Assembly (NCBI GenBank): GCA_049724395.1
Contig: JAUGWO010000049.1
Coordinates: 62,001 to 126,000 of the forward strand
DNA length: 64,000 nt
From: Spongospora subterranea f. sp. subterranea
Lineage: Eukaryota
Direction: 5' to 3'
The notes below the pieces were generated by a model, which saw nothing but the letters and a program-made list of their open reading frames with translations, was not told the DNA's origin and did no database searches. This document shows, piece by piece, positions 24,269-36,259 of this stretch. A program made the position numbers and the translations under genes. How positions within the stretch are numbered: position 1 is the stretch's first letter; every line of letters begins with the position of its first letter.

Positions 24269-27023
24269 TCACAGCACCATCTTGCTGAATAGCGACGCCA
24301 AGTCTCGAACACCACACCAGTTGCTTGATTCAGGTGGGCATTGCGAGCGGATTGAACAATAATCTTTTGACGTTCCGCAGCTGTCAAGATGAATGGTCAA
24401 TCATTTACTGAATATGGTGCCATTGTAGACTTACAATCCAAAAACACTGCAGCATTCTCTAGTCGAGCACCGACCATTGTTATTGTTTGGACCACACTTC
24501 CCATCCGGTTGTGGTTCACCATCACACTAAAGTATCACATTGAGAACAGCATCTAAAGAGGGTCTTTGAATAAGGAGAATACATTGGCCGAAGATCCCCC
24601 GACATAGGCATTAACAGCATCGTAATATTTAGCTTTGCGTTCGCCACCCATCTCGATATATTGCATTGGGTCAAATGGAGGGCAAATTGACTGTTCATTA
24701 CATGATAAATTACTGGTTCCGCACCTGAAATATTGTATTCAGGACGGTGTTAATAATGAGCATTTCCATGTCAACATTACCGTCCATCCTTGCTACAGCA
24801 GAATCCATCTGAGCAAAATGATCCACGATTCATGGGACCACACGACCCATCAAGTGATGGTTTTCCAAGGCACTAATATTCAGGTAAACATGCTGATTTG
24901 ATATTGTTTACAACAAATGGAAATCACGTTGCGGGCCGATCCACCAATACCGCCAGTTTTTGATTTAGGAGGGCATTGTGATGTCATTTCACAGTGTTTG
25001 CTCGTCGATCCGCAGCTGTCAAGAAAAATGGTCAATCGTTTACTGACAAATATTTGGCCTTGCACAAACTTACAATCCAGAAGCACTGCAGCATTCTCCA
25101 GGTTGGCAACCACCATTGCGAAATGCTGGACCACACCTCCCATCCGGTTGCGGTTCACCATTACACTGAAATATGAGAGTAAGGGGGGCATCAAACACGC
25201 TGGGCCTCTCAGAAGCACAATACATTTTCGACAGAACCTCCGACCCAAGCTTTAACAACATCGTAAAAAATGGCTTTATGATCTCCTCCCAAGGCAAAAT
25301 ATTTTGCTGGGTCGAATGGGGGACAAACGGACGCCGTATTACAATGTTTATCACTGGTTCCGCACCTGAAATATATAGTATTCAGACCCAAATCAGTGAT
25401 AAGAACATTCATGGCAATATTACCGTCCAGTTTTGCTACAGCAGTATCCAACAGGGCAAAATGTTCCATGATACCGGGGACCACAAGTGTCAAAAACTGA
25501 TGGCTTTCCAAGGCACTAATATTCAAGTTAACATGTTGGAATCCCATTGTGTACAATGAAGATTACATTGCGGGCCGATCCACCATAACCGATTTCCGCT
25601 TTAGGCGGGCATAGCGAAGCGATTGAGCAATGGTTTTGTGACGTTCCGCAGCTGGTAAAGATGAATGAACTGTCAACGAAATACTGACAGAATTTTACTC
25701 TGACAATTTACCTTCCATCAACACTGCAGCATTCTCCAGGCTTGCAACGACCATAGTCATGCTTTGGACCACACTTCCCATCCGGTTTCCGTGCACCATT
25801 ACACTATATTATCACATTCAAAGAACGTCAAAGACGAGGGTCTACTCAAGAGCACAATACGTTGGTGCGAGAACCCCCGACATAAGCGTTGACAACATCG
25901 TAGAATAGAGCAGGACGAGCGCCTCCCAACTTGATATATTTCGCTGGGTCGAATCGAGGGCAATCCGACACCTCATTACAGTGATCAGGATTGGGTCCGC
26001 ACCTGAAATGTTATATTCAGAACGATATCTATGATGAGCATATTCTTGTTAATATCACATTCCATCCTTGCTACAGCAGGATCCAATTCGGCAAAATGTT
26101 CCATGATTCTTGGGACCACAAGTGTCATAAACTGATGGATCTCCAAGGCACTAATATTCAGGTTAACTCGTTGGAATCCAATTGATTACACCGAAATGCA
26201 AACCTACATTCAGAGCCGATCCACCAATAGTATCGAATAATTCAGGAGGACATTGCGACGCGATTGAACAATAATCTTTTGAAGTTCCGCATCTTCCAAG
26301 ATAGATGGTTAGTACAGATGATAAATTCACTTCAGGGAAACAAGAACGTACAGTCCCTGAGCACTGCAGCATTGTCCAGGCGGGCAACGACCATTGTTAT
26401 TGTTTGGACCACACTTCCTACCCGGTTGTTCTTCACCATTACACTATAATACCATATTTAGAGGGATATTCAACACGAGGGGCGTCTCAGTGCACAAGTA
26501 CATTGGCGCTAGAACCCCCGACCCAAGCATCAACACCATCAAAATACCGGGCTTTGATGGCTCCTTTAGCCTTAACATATAACTGTGGGTCGAATCGAGG
26601 GCAAACCGACTCCTGATTACAATGTCCTTCAGTGATACCGCACCTGAAATAATGTACTCATAACGATTTCTATATGATGACCCCTGTTCATGTCAATATT
26701 ACCTTCCCTCTTTGCTACAGCACCAACCAATTGGGCAAAATGTTCCACGATGATTAGGACCACAAGATCCATCACCTGATTCCTTTCCAAGGCACTAATA
26801 TTCAGGTTAAATTATTGAGGTTTCTGTTGAATTCAACACATGTGAATTACATTTTTGACCGATCCACCAATACTGAGAAACCAATCATTATTCGCTACAC
26901 TTATTTGGACAGGGAGATGGGTTCTTACTAAATGGTGCGGCTGGGTTTTGATGAAGGAGTGGGGTCAGATTCAACAACAAAAATTAGGGATAGCACGAAA
27001 ACCCCGATAATGTTAAGCGACAT
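24269..27023 (-). CDS. Secreted tandem hevein-like/CBM18 protein: signal peptide plus 8 domains (A-B)x4, about 18 exons
   Basis: Manual splicing: MSLNIIGVFVLSLIFVVESD..., a GGSVKN micro-exon, then domains such as CLGKESGDGSCGPNHRGTFCPIGWCCSKEGRCGITEGHC and CDGEPQPDGKCGPNNNNGRCSTRECCSVFGFCGTSKDYC. GT-AG introns fall at the same positions in every module; TGA at 24269-24271. Confidence 0.88.
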
Positions 27024-27309
27024 GAATTTCACAATCAAATGATGGACCTTGAATGCGAACCAATATCAGAGAAATGGATAATGACCCAAAAAGATAAGTG
27101 AAGAAGGGGCTATTGCTAGTAAAAGATGGCTGGGCGATATGAAATATTCAATAGACAATAAGTACGACCGAGAGAGGGGCACTGACGAGGCCATGGGTGT
27201 GGGGGATATGACCAATGAAAGACTTGACCAGGGACGTGGGGCGAATATAATGAGTTGGGACTGGTGAGGTGGAGAGATATGACCAGTGAGGTGGGGCGGT
27301 ACGATAAGT

Positions 27310-28966
27310 GATGGAGGGGATAGGAATAGGGATTTGAGGGAGGGAATTAGTGACCAGGGATATGGAGGGGATAGGAAGAGGGATTTGAGGGGATGGAATT
27401 AGTGACCAGGGATATGGAGGGGATAGGAAGAGGGATTTGAGGGGATGGAATTAGAGATGTGGAGAGATGTGACCAGGGGATAGGAAGAGGGATTTGAGGG
27501 GATGGGCGATGTGGAGAGATGTGACCAGGGGATGGATATGGAGTGACCAGGGATAGGAAGAGGGATTTGAGGGGATGGAATTAGTGACCAGGGATATGGA
27601 GGGGATAGGAAGAGGGATTTGAGGGGATGGAATTAGAGAGTGGAGAGATGTGACCAGGGATATGGAGGGGACAGGAAGAGGGATTTGAGGGGATGGATTA
27701 GAGATGTGGAGCGATGTGACCAGGGATATAAAGGGGATAGGAAGAGGGATTTGAGGGGATGGAATTAGAGATGTGGAGAGATGTGACCAGGGATATAAAG
27801 GGGATAGGAAGAGGGATTTGAGGGGATGGGAGGGATAGATGTTACAGGAAGAGGGATTTGAGGGGGGATAGGAACCAGGGATATGGAGGGGATGGAAGAG
27901 GGATTTGAGGGGAGATTGTGACCAGGGATATGGAGGGGACAGGAAGAGGGATTTGAGGGGATGGAATTGGAGAGAGTGACCAGGGATATAAAGGGGACAG
28001 GAAGAGGGATTTGAGGGGATGGAATTAGAGATGTGGAGAGATGTGACCAGGGATATAAAGGGGACAGGAAGAGGGATTTGAGGGGATGGAATTAGAGATG
28101 TGGAGAGATGTGACCAGGGATATGGAGGGGACAGGAAGAGGGATTTGAGGGGATGGAATTAGTGACCAGGGATATGGAGGGGACAGGAAGAGGGATTTGA
28201 GGGGATGATTAGAGATGTGGAGAGATGTGACCAGGGATATGGAGGGGACAGGAAGAGGGATTTGAGGGGATGGGATTAGAGATGTGGAGAGATGTGACCA
28301 GGGATATAAAGGGGACAGGAAGAGGGATTTGAGGGGATGGGATTAGAGATGTGGAGAGATGTGACCAGGGATATAAAGGGGACAGGAAGAGGGATTTGAG
28401 GGGATGGAATTAGAGATGTGGAGAGGGATGTGACCAGGGATATAAAGGGGATAGGAAGAGGGATTTGAGGGGATGGAATTAGAGATGTGGAGAGATGTGA
28501 CCAGGGATATGGAGGGGACAGGAAGAGGGATTTGAGGGGATGGAATTATGTGACCAGGGATATAAAGGGGACAGGAAGAGGGATTTGAGGGGATGGAATT
28601 AGAGATGTGGAGAGATGTGACCAGGGATATGGAGGGGACAGGAAGAGGGATTTGAGGGGATGGAATTAGTGACCAGGGATATGGAGGGGACAGGAAGAGG
28701 GATTTGAGGGGATGGAATTAGTGACCATGGATCTGGAGGGGACAGGAAGAGGGATTTGAGGGGATGGAATTAGTGACCAGGGATATGGAGGGGACAGGAA
28801 GAGGGATTTGAGGGGATGGAATTAGTGACCATGGATATGGAGGGGACAGGAAGAGGGATTTGAGGGGATGGAATTAGTGACCAGGGATATGGAGGGGACA
28901 GGAAGAGGGATTTGAGGGGATGGAATTAGAGATGTGGAGAGATGTGACCAGGGATATGGAGGGGAT
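27310..28966. repeat. G-rich polypurine minisatellite, 52-bp unit with an optional 15-bp insert (67 bp)
   Basis: Unit gtgaccagggatatggaggggacaggaagagggatttgaggggatggaatta (e.g. 28669-28720, 28721-28772); variant units add gagatgtggagagat. Confidence 0.97.
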
Positions 28967-29993
28967 AGGGCAAATCGACTGATTTGTACAGTGTTCATCA
29001 TCGGCTCCGGACCTGATAAATTATGTTCAAACAGATATCTATGATGATCATACTCTTGTTAATTCCATGCTTGCTACAGCAGGATCCAATTGGACAAAAT
29101 GATCCACCATGGCGGGACAAGTGCCAAAACTGATGGCTCTCCAAGGCACTAATATTCAACTTAACACGTTGGAATCCTTTAGATTACACAAAATGGGAAA
29201 ATTTCATTCAAAGCGATCCACCAATATGATTCAATGCTAATTAACAACGATCTCTTGAAATTCCGCAGCTGTAGAGATAAATGGTCAATTAATCACAAAG
29301 TGATAATTGTACTTTCAAGAAAAGCGAAACTTACAATCCAGAAGCACTGCAGCATTGTCCAAGCGGGCAGCGACCATTCTTATTTTTTGGACCACACTTC
29401 CCGCACAGTTGTTTTTCACCATTGCACTATAATACCTTATCAAGTGGGATTTTCAACAAGAGGGGCGGCTCAGAAGAAGCACAATACATTGGCGCTAGAA
29501 CCCCCGACCAAAGTGTCAATACCATCGAAATATTTGGCTGTAATAGCTCCTTTAGCCTTAGGGTCGAATCGAGGGCAAAACCGACTCCTGATTACAGTGT
29601 CCTTCAGTGGTACCGCACCTGATATAATGTATTCATGACGATTTCTACGATGACCCTATTCATATCAATATTAACTTCCCTCTTGCTACAGCACGAGCCA
29701 ATTGTGCAAAATTTTCAACCATGATTAGGATCTCAAGCTTCATCACCGATTCCTTTCCAAAGCACTAGAATTCAGGTCAAATTGTTGAAAATCCTATTAA
29801 AAGCACCATATGTGAATCAAACTTTTGACCGATCCACCAATACTGAGAAATCAATCATTACTCTCTATACTGATTTGGATACGGAAAATGGATCCTTACT
29901 CATCGGTGCAGCCAGGATTAAATGAAGGAGTGGGTCAGACTCAACAACAAAAATCAGGAATAGCACGAATAGCGCGATAACCTTGAGCGACAT
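28967..29993 (-). pseudogene. CBM18 tandem-domain pseudogene (signal peptide, A1, B1, partial A2), cut off by the satellite
   Basis: MSLKVIALFVLFLIFVVESD start and the same exon/intron layout as 24269-27023, but with 1-bp deletions, TGT->TGA at the CGP cysteine of A1, a damaged donor and an abrupt end at the satellite. Confidence 0.85.
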
Positions 29994-31329
29994 GGCGTCA
30001 TAATTTGATGATCGAACTTTGATGCGAACCAATATCAGAGAAAAGGATAATGACCGAAGACAGTAATATGGAGAAGGGGTTATAGATAGTGAAAGATGGA
30101 CGGGCGATAAGACAATAGTGAATAGGTGTTAGGAGAGATGGGCACTTGGTGAGGCCATGGATGAGGGGGATATGGCCATGGCTGAGAATGGCCATGAATG
30201 AGCTAAGAGTCAGCCAAGTGATGTTGGGGATACTGATAGCGGGACGCTAAACCTGAAACTGTGCTTGCTCAAACTTTTGGCCTACTCAAATTTCGACATT
30301 GGCAGATTTGCGTTTGCGCTTCTTCCTCTGCGTTCAAGCGCAGTGCGATCACCGAGTTGGCCTTATCAGACTTGATTATCCGCTTCTCAATTTTTTCGGA
30401 GTCATTTGCGACGAAACTGAATTTTTAGAGTGAATGTCTCCGGTCCCTTGTCTTAAAACCTCGACTACCAGGTGGATCGCATTCATTCAATCGGCGCCAA
30501 CATGCGTCGTTCGGCTGAGTCAGTATACAGCAACAGGTTCTTTCATGACACCGTCAACTGTCTCTCTATTGCAAGCATCGTCTTTGTCATCAAAGCAAAT
30601 TTGGACATTGCGAATATCACCTACCGCCTGTTAAATGATTCGTTCCAGGAAAATATGTTCCATCTTGTGCACTTGATGGGCTAACTGCTTATAGACCTAT
30701 TGGGGTGAGAGTGGCGCTACTGCACTGTTCATCGATAGGCAATTCATGGGACGTTGTGTTATTGGACTTATTCTCTGTCAACGATTCATTCCTTGTTTTC
30801 GTAATCAATGGCGTCTGTTTTCGTCATCGACAGCCCGATCGTGTTAGGCATGACTTTCCCTTCTGCTGTTCAACCCAACCATTGTTTGGAGGAATTCATC
30901 TATGGCAGTTTGGTCGACAGGCCAGAACGACCTTCACTTCTGATAACACAACTGAGACCGATTCCTCGAGCATTGAGCACAGTGGATATGAAATGTATTG
31001 GATCATTTTAAGATATATATTCACAGAGAGTGGAAAGGATAATCTGGATGAATCAAAGTATAAGAGGCACTGGACTGGATTGAACAATCAACTGAGTGAT
31101 CAAACTCATTGAGATGATTTTATTGATCTAAAAAGTAAGTCAGTCGGGATGGGACTACCTAGCTATCCATCTGGATAACCTGGTTGGTCAGTTGAGTGAC
31201 TCATTTAGATGATCAATTGAACGGGATCCGATTGAATGATCGGCCCGTCTCAATTGGTCGGCTCGGTAATGGTCTTCTGAACTTACAGGCTCAGTTTCTA
31301 TTGACGCCATAATCATGTTGAATACCACA

Positions 31330-31630
31330 TTTCCCGTCTATCCGACTCGACCCACTACACTGGAAATTATATCGCGTCAACAAAGTGGATCGAACACATC
31401 GGCCGCGTTTGTAGCAATCATGATAAAACTACGATTTTTTATGTTAAAGGGAAGAGCGATTCATTACTATTGGTTACGCCACACTTCACTTTCGTTTTGC
31501 GGTTCACCATTACACTCCAATATCACATTAAAAAAAGATCAAACACGCAGTTCTCCGGAGAGAGATATACATTGTCGCTAGAATCCTCGATCAAGCGTTA
31601 ACAACACGCCATAGTGAACTTCACGAGCAG
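31330..31630 (-). pseudogene. Highly degenerate CBM18 B-module relic
   Basis: gcggttcaccattacact (CNGEPQ on minus) and atacattgtcgctagaatcctcga...gcgttaacaac match the A-B junction sequences of the family; the frame is broken. Confidence 0.6.
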
Positions 31631-32051
31631 GATTCATGGAATTTCTATACAGTGCCAGTCGAACACGAGCTCAATAAGCATGAGACCTTGGTCCAGTGGG
31701 CAACCAAACACCGTTCCCAATTAGCGTTGGCAATACACATGGCCATATACAGTGACAATGATTGACCGACCCCCCACAGTGCCAGACAGCGAAACGTCTG
31801 TGATGCCAGTGGCAACAGCAGACGTAACCCCGATACGCGGTCATTTCCAGTCAATAAAGTCCGACCAGGAAACATGGGGTTACAGTTGTGGAGTGGTCTC
31901 ACTCATCAACAGTACGGGGTAGCCCCATAGGCCAAATCGTTATCATTAGCCCATTTTCGCCACTCACTAATATTTCAGTTTGTTTTGAGCCGCAAACTTT
32001 GGCGCCATTGGCTGACAGCGGGGCGACTACAGTTTGCTGCGGTTGAACTCT

Positions 32052-33951
32052 ATGCCCCCTACTGCAAATGAACACGAGGCCGGGAGCGAATCAGAAGTGT
32101 TCTCAGTAGCCTTACCCACAGCTGATAAATCTAATGCGTCGAAAGGCGAGCTCAAGAAAACTATAACCTTTACAGGTGACCTTCTTTCGACTGTTTGATA
32201 CCCTTTTTTAATGTGTGTGGTTCACAAACAGATGGTCTAGCGTGTGTTCTTGGTTCTCTGGTAGGACTGACTGAATTTCGTATTATAACAGTATGTTGAT
32301 CGAGTCCCTGTAAAGATTGGAGCTGGCATGTTTGTCTCCCCTGGAATGATGTTCGAGCGACTTGGCGCGTTCGGTTCGGTAATCGCTTGGGTTGCGGGAG
32401 GTGCTTTGGCGTTATCCGGAGCTTTGTGCTATAGTGAGCTGGCGACTTTGCTTGTTTCAGCCGGCAGCGAAGCCACATATCTTGCCAAAGCGTTTGGCAA
32501 TGTTTGGGCCTTCGCTTATGCACTAATGCTATTCGTCGTGTAACTTAAATACATGTTCGTGAACAAAATATGTTGAGACACGGCAATACAGGGTCGGATC
32601 AGGTGGAGTCGCCGCAGTTGCAAGCGCGAGTGCCATTTACTTCGTTGAGGGCATCGGCTACGATGCGGGCACGAATGAGCGGCTGGTACAATGCGTGGCC
32701 ATCGGATTGGTGCTTTTCTGCGCTTGCATGAATTTATTAGGAACCAGCAATGCAGTCTTGGTCCAACGCATATTACTCGGTAGCTCATATCACAATAACC
32801 GAAAGAAAAACTCAAAACTAACTATGTTTCAGTGGTTAAAGTGCTTACGATCATGATGGTGTTGGGATGTGCTGGTATATATCGTGCCGCATTGCAGACC
32901 ATTCCCAGAAGTGACGTATTCACTGTCGATTTTTTTGGAGGGTTCCAATTGCAAAAGCTTGTGGACGGCATGTTCAAAGTAGTTTTCGCGTTCAATGGAT
33001 TCCAATACGTATTGATATGTGCTGCGTTATATGTCGCGTTTATGGTTAATTGTGTTGCAGTTGGCACCCTTGTCAGAGGAGATGGTGAATCCAGATAGAG
33101 ACGTTCCTCGCGTCTTCTTGGCTGGGATGACCTCTGTCACTGCTTTGGGCCTGTTCGTTATCATCTCGTTTGTATCAGTGCTGCCACTGGATAAGATGTC
33201 AGCCGAACGTCTGGCCTCCAACTTCTTTCATCAAAAATTGGTGGAGTTCCTTTAAAGTGTGTCGCTTCCGTCATGATCGCATTCTGTGCTGCCGGATCTG
33301 CCAATTTCAAACTGATTGGATGCAGTCGCATATTTTTCTCGGCTGCGCGTGATGGTATATTCCCAAAACAGTTCGCGTACGTATCGGAGCGCAATGTCCC
33401 TACCGTCTCTATTATTGCCACATCGGTTTGGACGATTTGTATTCTGATGGTAGTTTCAAAACTCAACGATGTTTTGAAGTATTTCTTGATTGGTCAATTG
33501 GTACGTAATGTTTTTATATTATCTTGATCTGGATTGATGTTCATGATTTTATAATGGTTTATGGTTTGTTCACGCTAACAAAAACGACCAAATTCTTATA
33601 TCAATTCATTGGTTTACCGGAGTATTCTGCCTTCAGTTGGTGTTTGCCGCAGTAGGCCTCGCTTTGATTCGATTACGGTCGACGATGCCATTTGCCCACC
33701 GTCCATATCGAGTATCATTGTATCCCTCTACACCTGTTGTGTTCAGCGGTTCTTGCATTTTCATGGTCGTTTATGCGCTATTCGATCCCTCTACCGCGAA
33801 AATCTCTTGGTGCTCGCTGCTGCTGACTTTTATGGGATTTCCCGTTTGGTACCTTGTCAAGCATAGCTCGACGATTGTTTCAGTTACGTCCAAAGTCTCT
33901 ACTAATATTGCTTCCTCCATGTCCAATGTCCTCAATCGATCAGGAAGATGA
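32052..33951 (+). CDS. APC superfamily amino-acid permease (LAT/methionine permease-like), multi-exon
   Basis: GELKKTIT, IGAGMFVSPG, GALCYSELAT...AGSEATYL, FAFNGF, EEMVNPDRDVP, SRIFFSAARDG and RPYRV motifs. Confidence 0.92.
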
Positions 33952-34509
33952 TACTGTCAAGTGATTTTTGCCATATCATAAATGCTGATCTATCTAGCTG
34001 CTAAAGCCATTATGGCTGTATCGATAAATGTTTAGAATTGGATCATCGAGCACTCAATAGATCATCAATGATGCAGAGTCGGATGGACTGAAATTTTGAC
34101 TGCCTTCACCTCAACAATATCTTGTTGCCATGAAAATGAACAAGATGCCATGCCCTTGACACAAAAGGATGATGAAAGCTCAGATCCTTCAAATCTGACG
34201 TCTGCTTATCTCCATCTAATTCTCAAAGACTCGTTCTCAATCATCGCGATTCCTTCAATGAGTTTCAACTTTGAAGATGACTGTTGGGCCTATCTTATTA
34301 GCGTTGCTCCTGATTGGATGCAGAGGCGATATGCGCCAAAACTTCCAAAAACCTGGCGTCGCAATGGGACCGGATAGGACAAGAGAAATGACAACAACAA
34401 AAATCAGTACTGGTCTGGTTAGTGGTTTTGAGGCGTCAAGGTTTCTGCTTGTGAATCAATTGTGACATGGCTATATTATCCAGGAATAAAATGGCGAGAA
34501 TGATCTTTT

Positions 34510-36176
34510 ATGGGCCGTTCAAGATTTACTGGGGTGCCGTTGAAAATATCTTCTTTCTCAAGTGTTAAATGCGACATTAGCGGGAAGCCAAATTTTGGCA
34601 AAATGACGAGTTTGAATGCAGAAGAAAGGCGCACGTTCCTTCGACGACAAGTCAAAACCCATCTTCTGACGGTCGCTCGACGGATTCGTCAAGGGCAGAT
34701 CGTGGCTCGAGTGATGACCGAGACGAGGTCGACACAGAAGGAGCGATCACTCTTGGCCCACAATCTGGATCTGTTCGCGAACCAGGCCAGTCTTTTGATT
34801 AGCGGTTTCGGGAGCGCCGAAACCAAACACCATACGGCGAACGTCTTGTCGAGGCTGGAGCTGTCTCCAGGGCAGATCAGGCGAATGAAGGCGATACTCG
34901 TAAAACGAGGAGAATCCCGGTCGTTTCCCGAGGCGGAATTCTTAGCCGATATGATCAGGAAGCTGCGAGTTTGCATGCTCAGCAGTTTAACGGAACCAGA
35001 ATTGACACTTTTGATGACCTCTGTTGAAGGATTAGAGGTTAACGCAGGGGATCCAGTGTTCAATATCGGGGATCCGGGTAGCCATTTCTATGTCGTTTGC
35101 TCTGGAATACTTGGGGTCTTTATCCGGCCACCGAATGCCACCAATAACGATAAACCCCTAGTGCAAGTTGGGACCCTATCGTCTGGTACAGATGCGCTAG
35201 CGTGAAGGGATCACCCAATAATGGTGTGTTTGCAGGGAGAGGGTTCGGTGAACGATCACTATTGGATAATGAAAATCGTAAGGCGACGGTATGCGCATTT
35301 CAGCAATCGCTGCTTTTGTGCATTGATAAGAGAAGCTTCACGGGGATGATCAAATCGCTATTCGATCGACAACTTGACCTAAAGATTCAGTTCTTCTCGT
35401 CATTACCTTTGTGTAAACATTGGTCGAGACGGGAAATTCTTCGATTTGGTTTACCATTTGAAACGTGCCAATTACGGCGAGGGGACGTTGTTACGAAACA
35501 GGGCGAACTTCATAAGACGTTGGACATTGTCCGAGATGGGTATCTGATCGTTCAACGGAAAGTGCACAATGATCATGGCGGTCGGTCGATGGTGGTTCAG
35601 TTGTGCTCGATCGGACGAGGGATCTTGATTGAGCCTGATGAAGCTGTGAACAATAGGCCCTGCAGCAATACGATCACATGCTCGTTGCAGAGCTCGGCAA
35701 CAATTTACACGGTACTGTGCAGTGACCTGATTGCTGCTTTGAAGGCATCGCCCAAGGTGCTAATCAGTCTCAAAGACCATATCAGTATATCGCATCAGCT
35801 GTCGGAGGCAAATTTTCTTTCAGCGTGTGCAGGAACGCTGAAGCGAGAGATTCGGTTTACGACCCAGCTATTACCGCAACCAACATCGTGTGATCAGCAG
35901 AATATAGTGGAACCGACAACCAAACGAAACACAAGCTCTGAGGGAGTTGTTCAGGACAACAACCAGGTGGATAAACGTCAAGTTGATCATGATCATGGCA
36001 GTTGTTCGGTCGGGATGGCGGCAAAAACCAGTATGCGAATCGCCTCCGTCAGTCTTGCAGATGGCCGCCATACCAGAAAAGTAATGGATCATCCGCCAGT
36101 TCTGCCTGAACCATATCAAGTCGAAATCGCTATTGATTGTGATGATTTTCTACATAACGAGCCCGTTATTTTGTGA
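34510..36176 (+). CDS. Cyclic-nucleotide-binding domain protein (two CNB domains); 5' exons uncertain
   Basis: GDPVFNIGDPGSHFYVVCSG, GRGFGERSLL...RKATV and a second domain RGDVVTKQGE...IVRDG; intron at about 35186-35235. Confidence 0.85.
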
Positions 36177-36259
36177 GATGTTTTTATAAATCGAATGTAT
36201 AATATAGGAAACGCTGCAAAACTTGTCAGTTGACTTGAAATATTCTCCCGACCTTGAGT

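Noticed and set aside
24300..26880. CRISPR-like or non-coding array of conserved blocks and variable spacers, and the His/Cys-rich plus-strand ORFs (KHCSILQ...HHYT)
   Set aside because: The variable blocks have GT...AG ends on the minus strand and the conserved blocks splice into hevein domains; the listed ORFs are antisense or off-frame shadows.
27310..28966. Pro/Ser-rich coding linker joining the two minus-strand CBM18 copies, or a telomeric repeat
   Set aside because: Unit lengths of 52 and 67 are not multiples of three, the downstream gene has its own signal peptide, and there is no short telomere-type unit.
30250..31120. Membrane protein gene
   Set aside because: Short interrupted ORFs with no recognisable motif; cannot be supported.
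1..36176. Functional cAMP/G-protein gene cluster (sAC, 7TM-RGS, cNMP-binding protein)
   Set aside because: The genes are tens of kb apart with unrelated genes between them; co-occurrence is plausibly chance.
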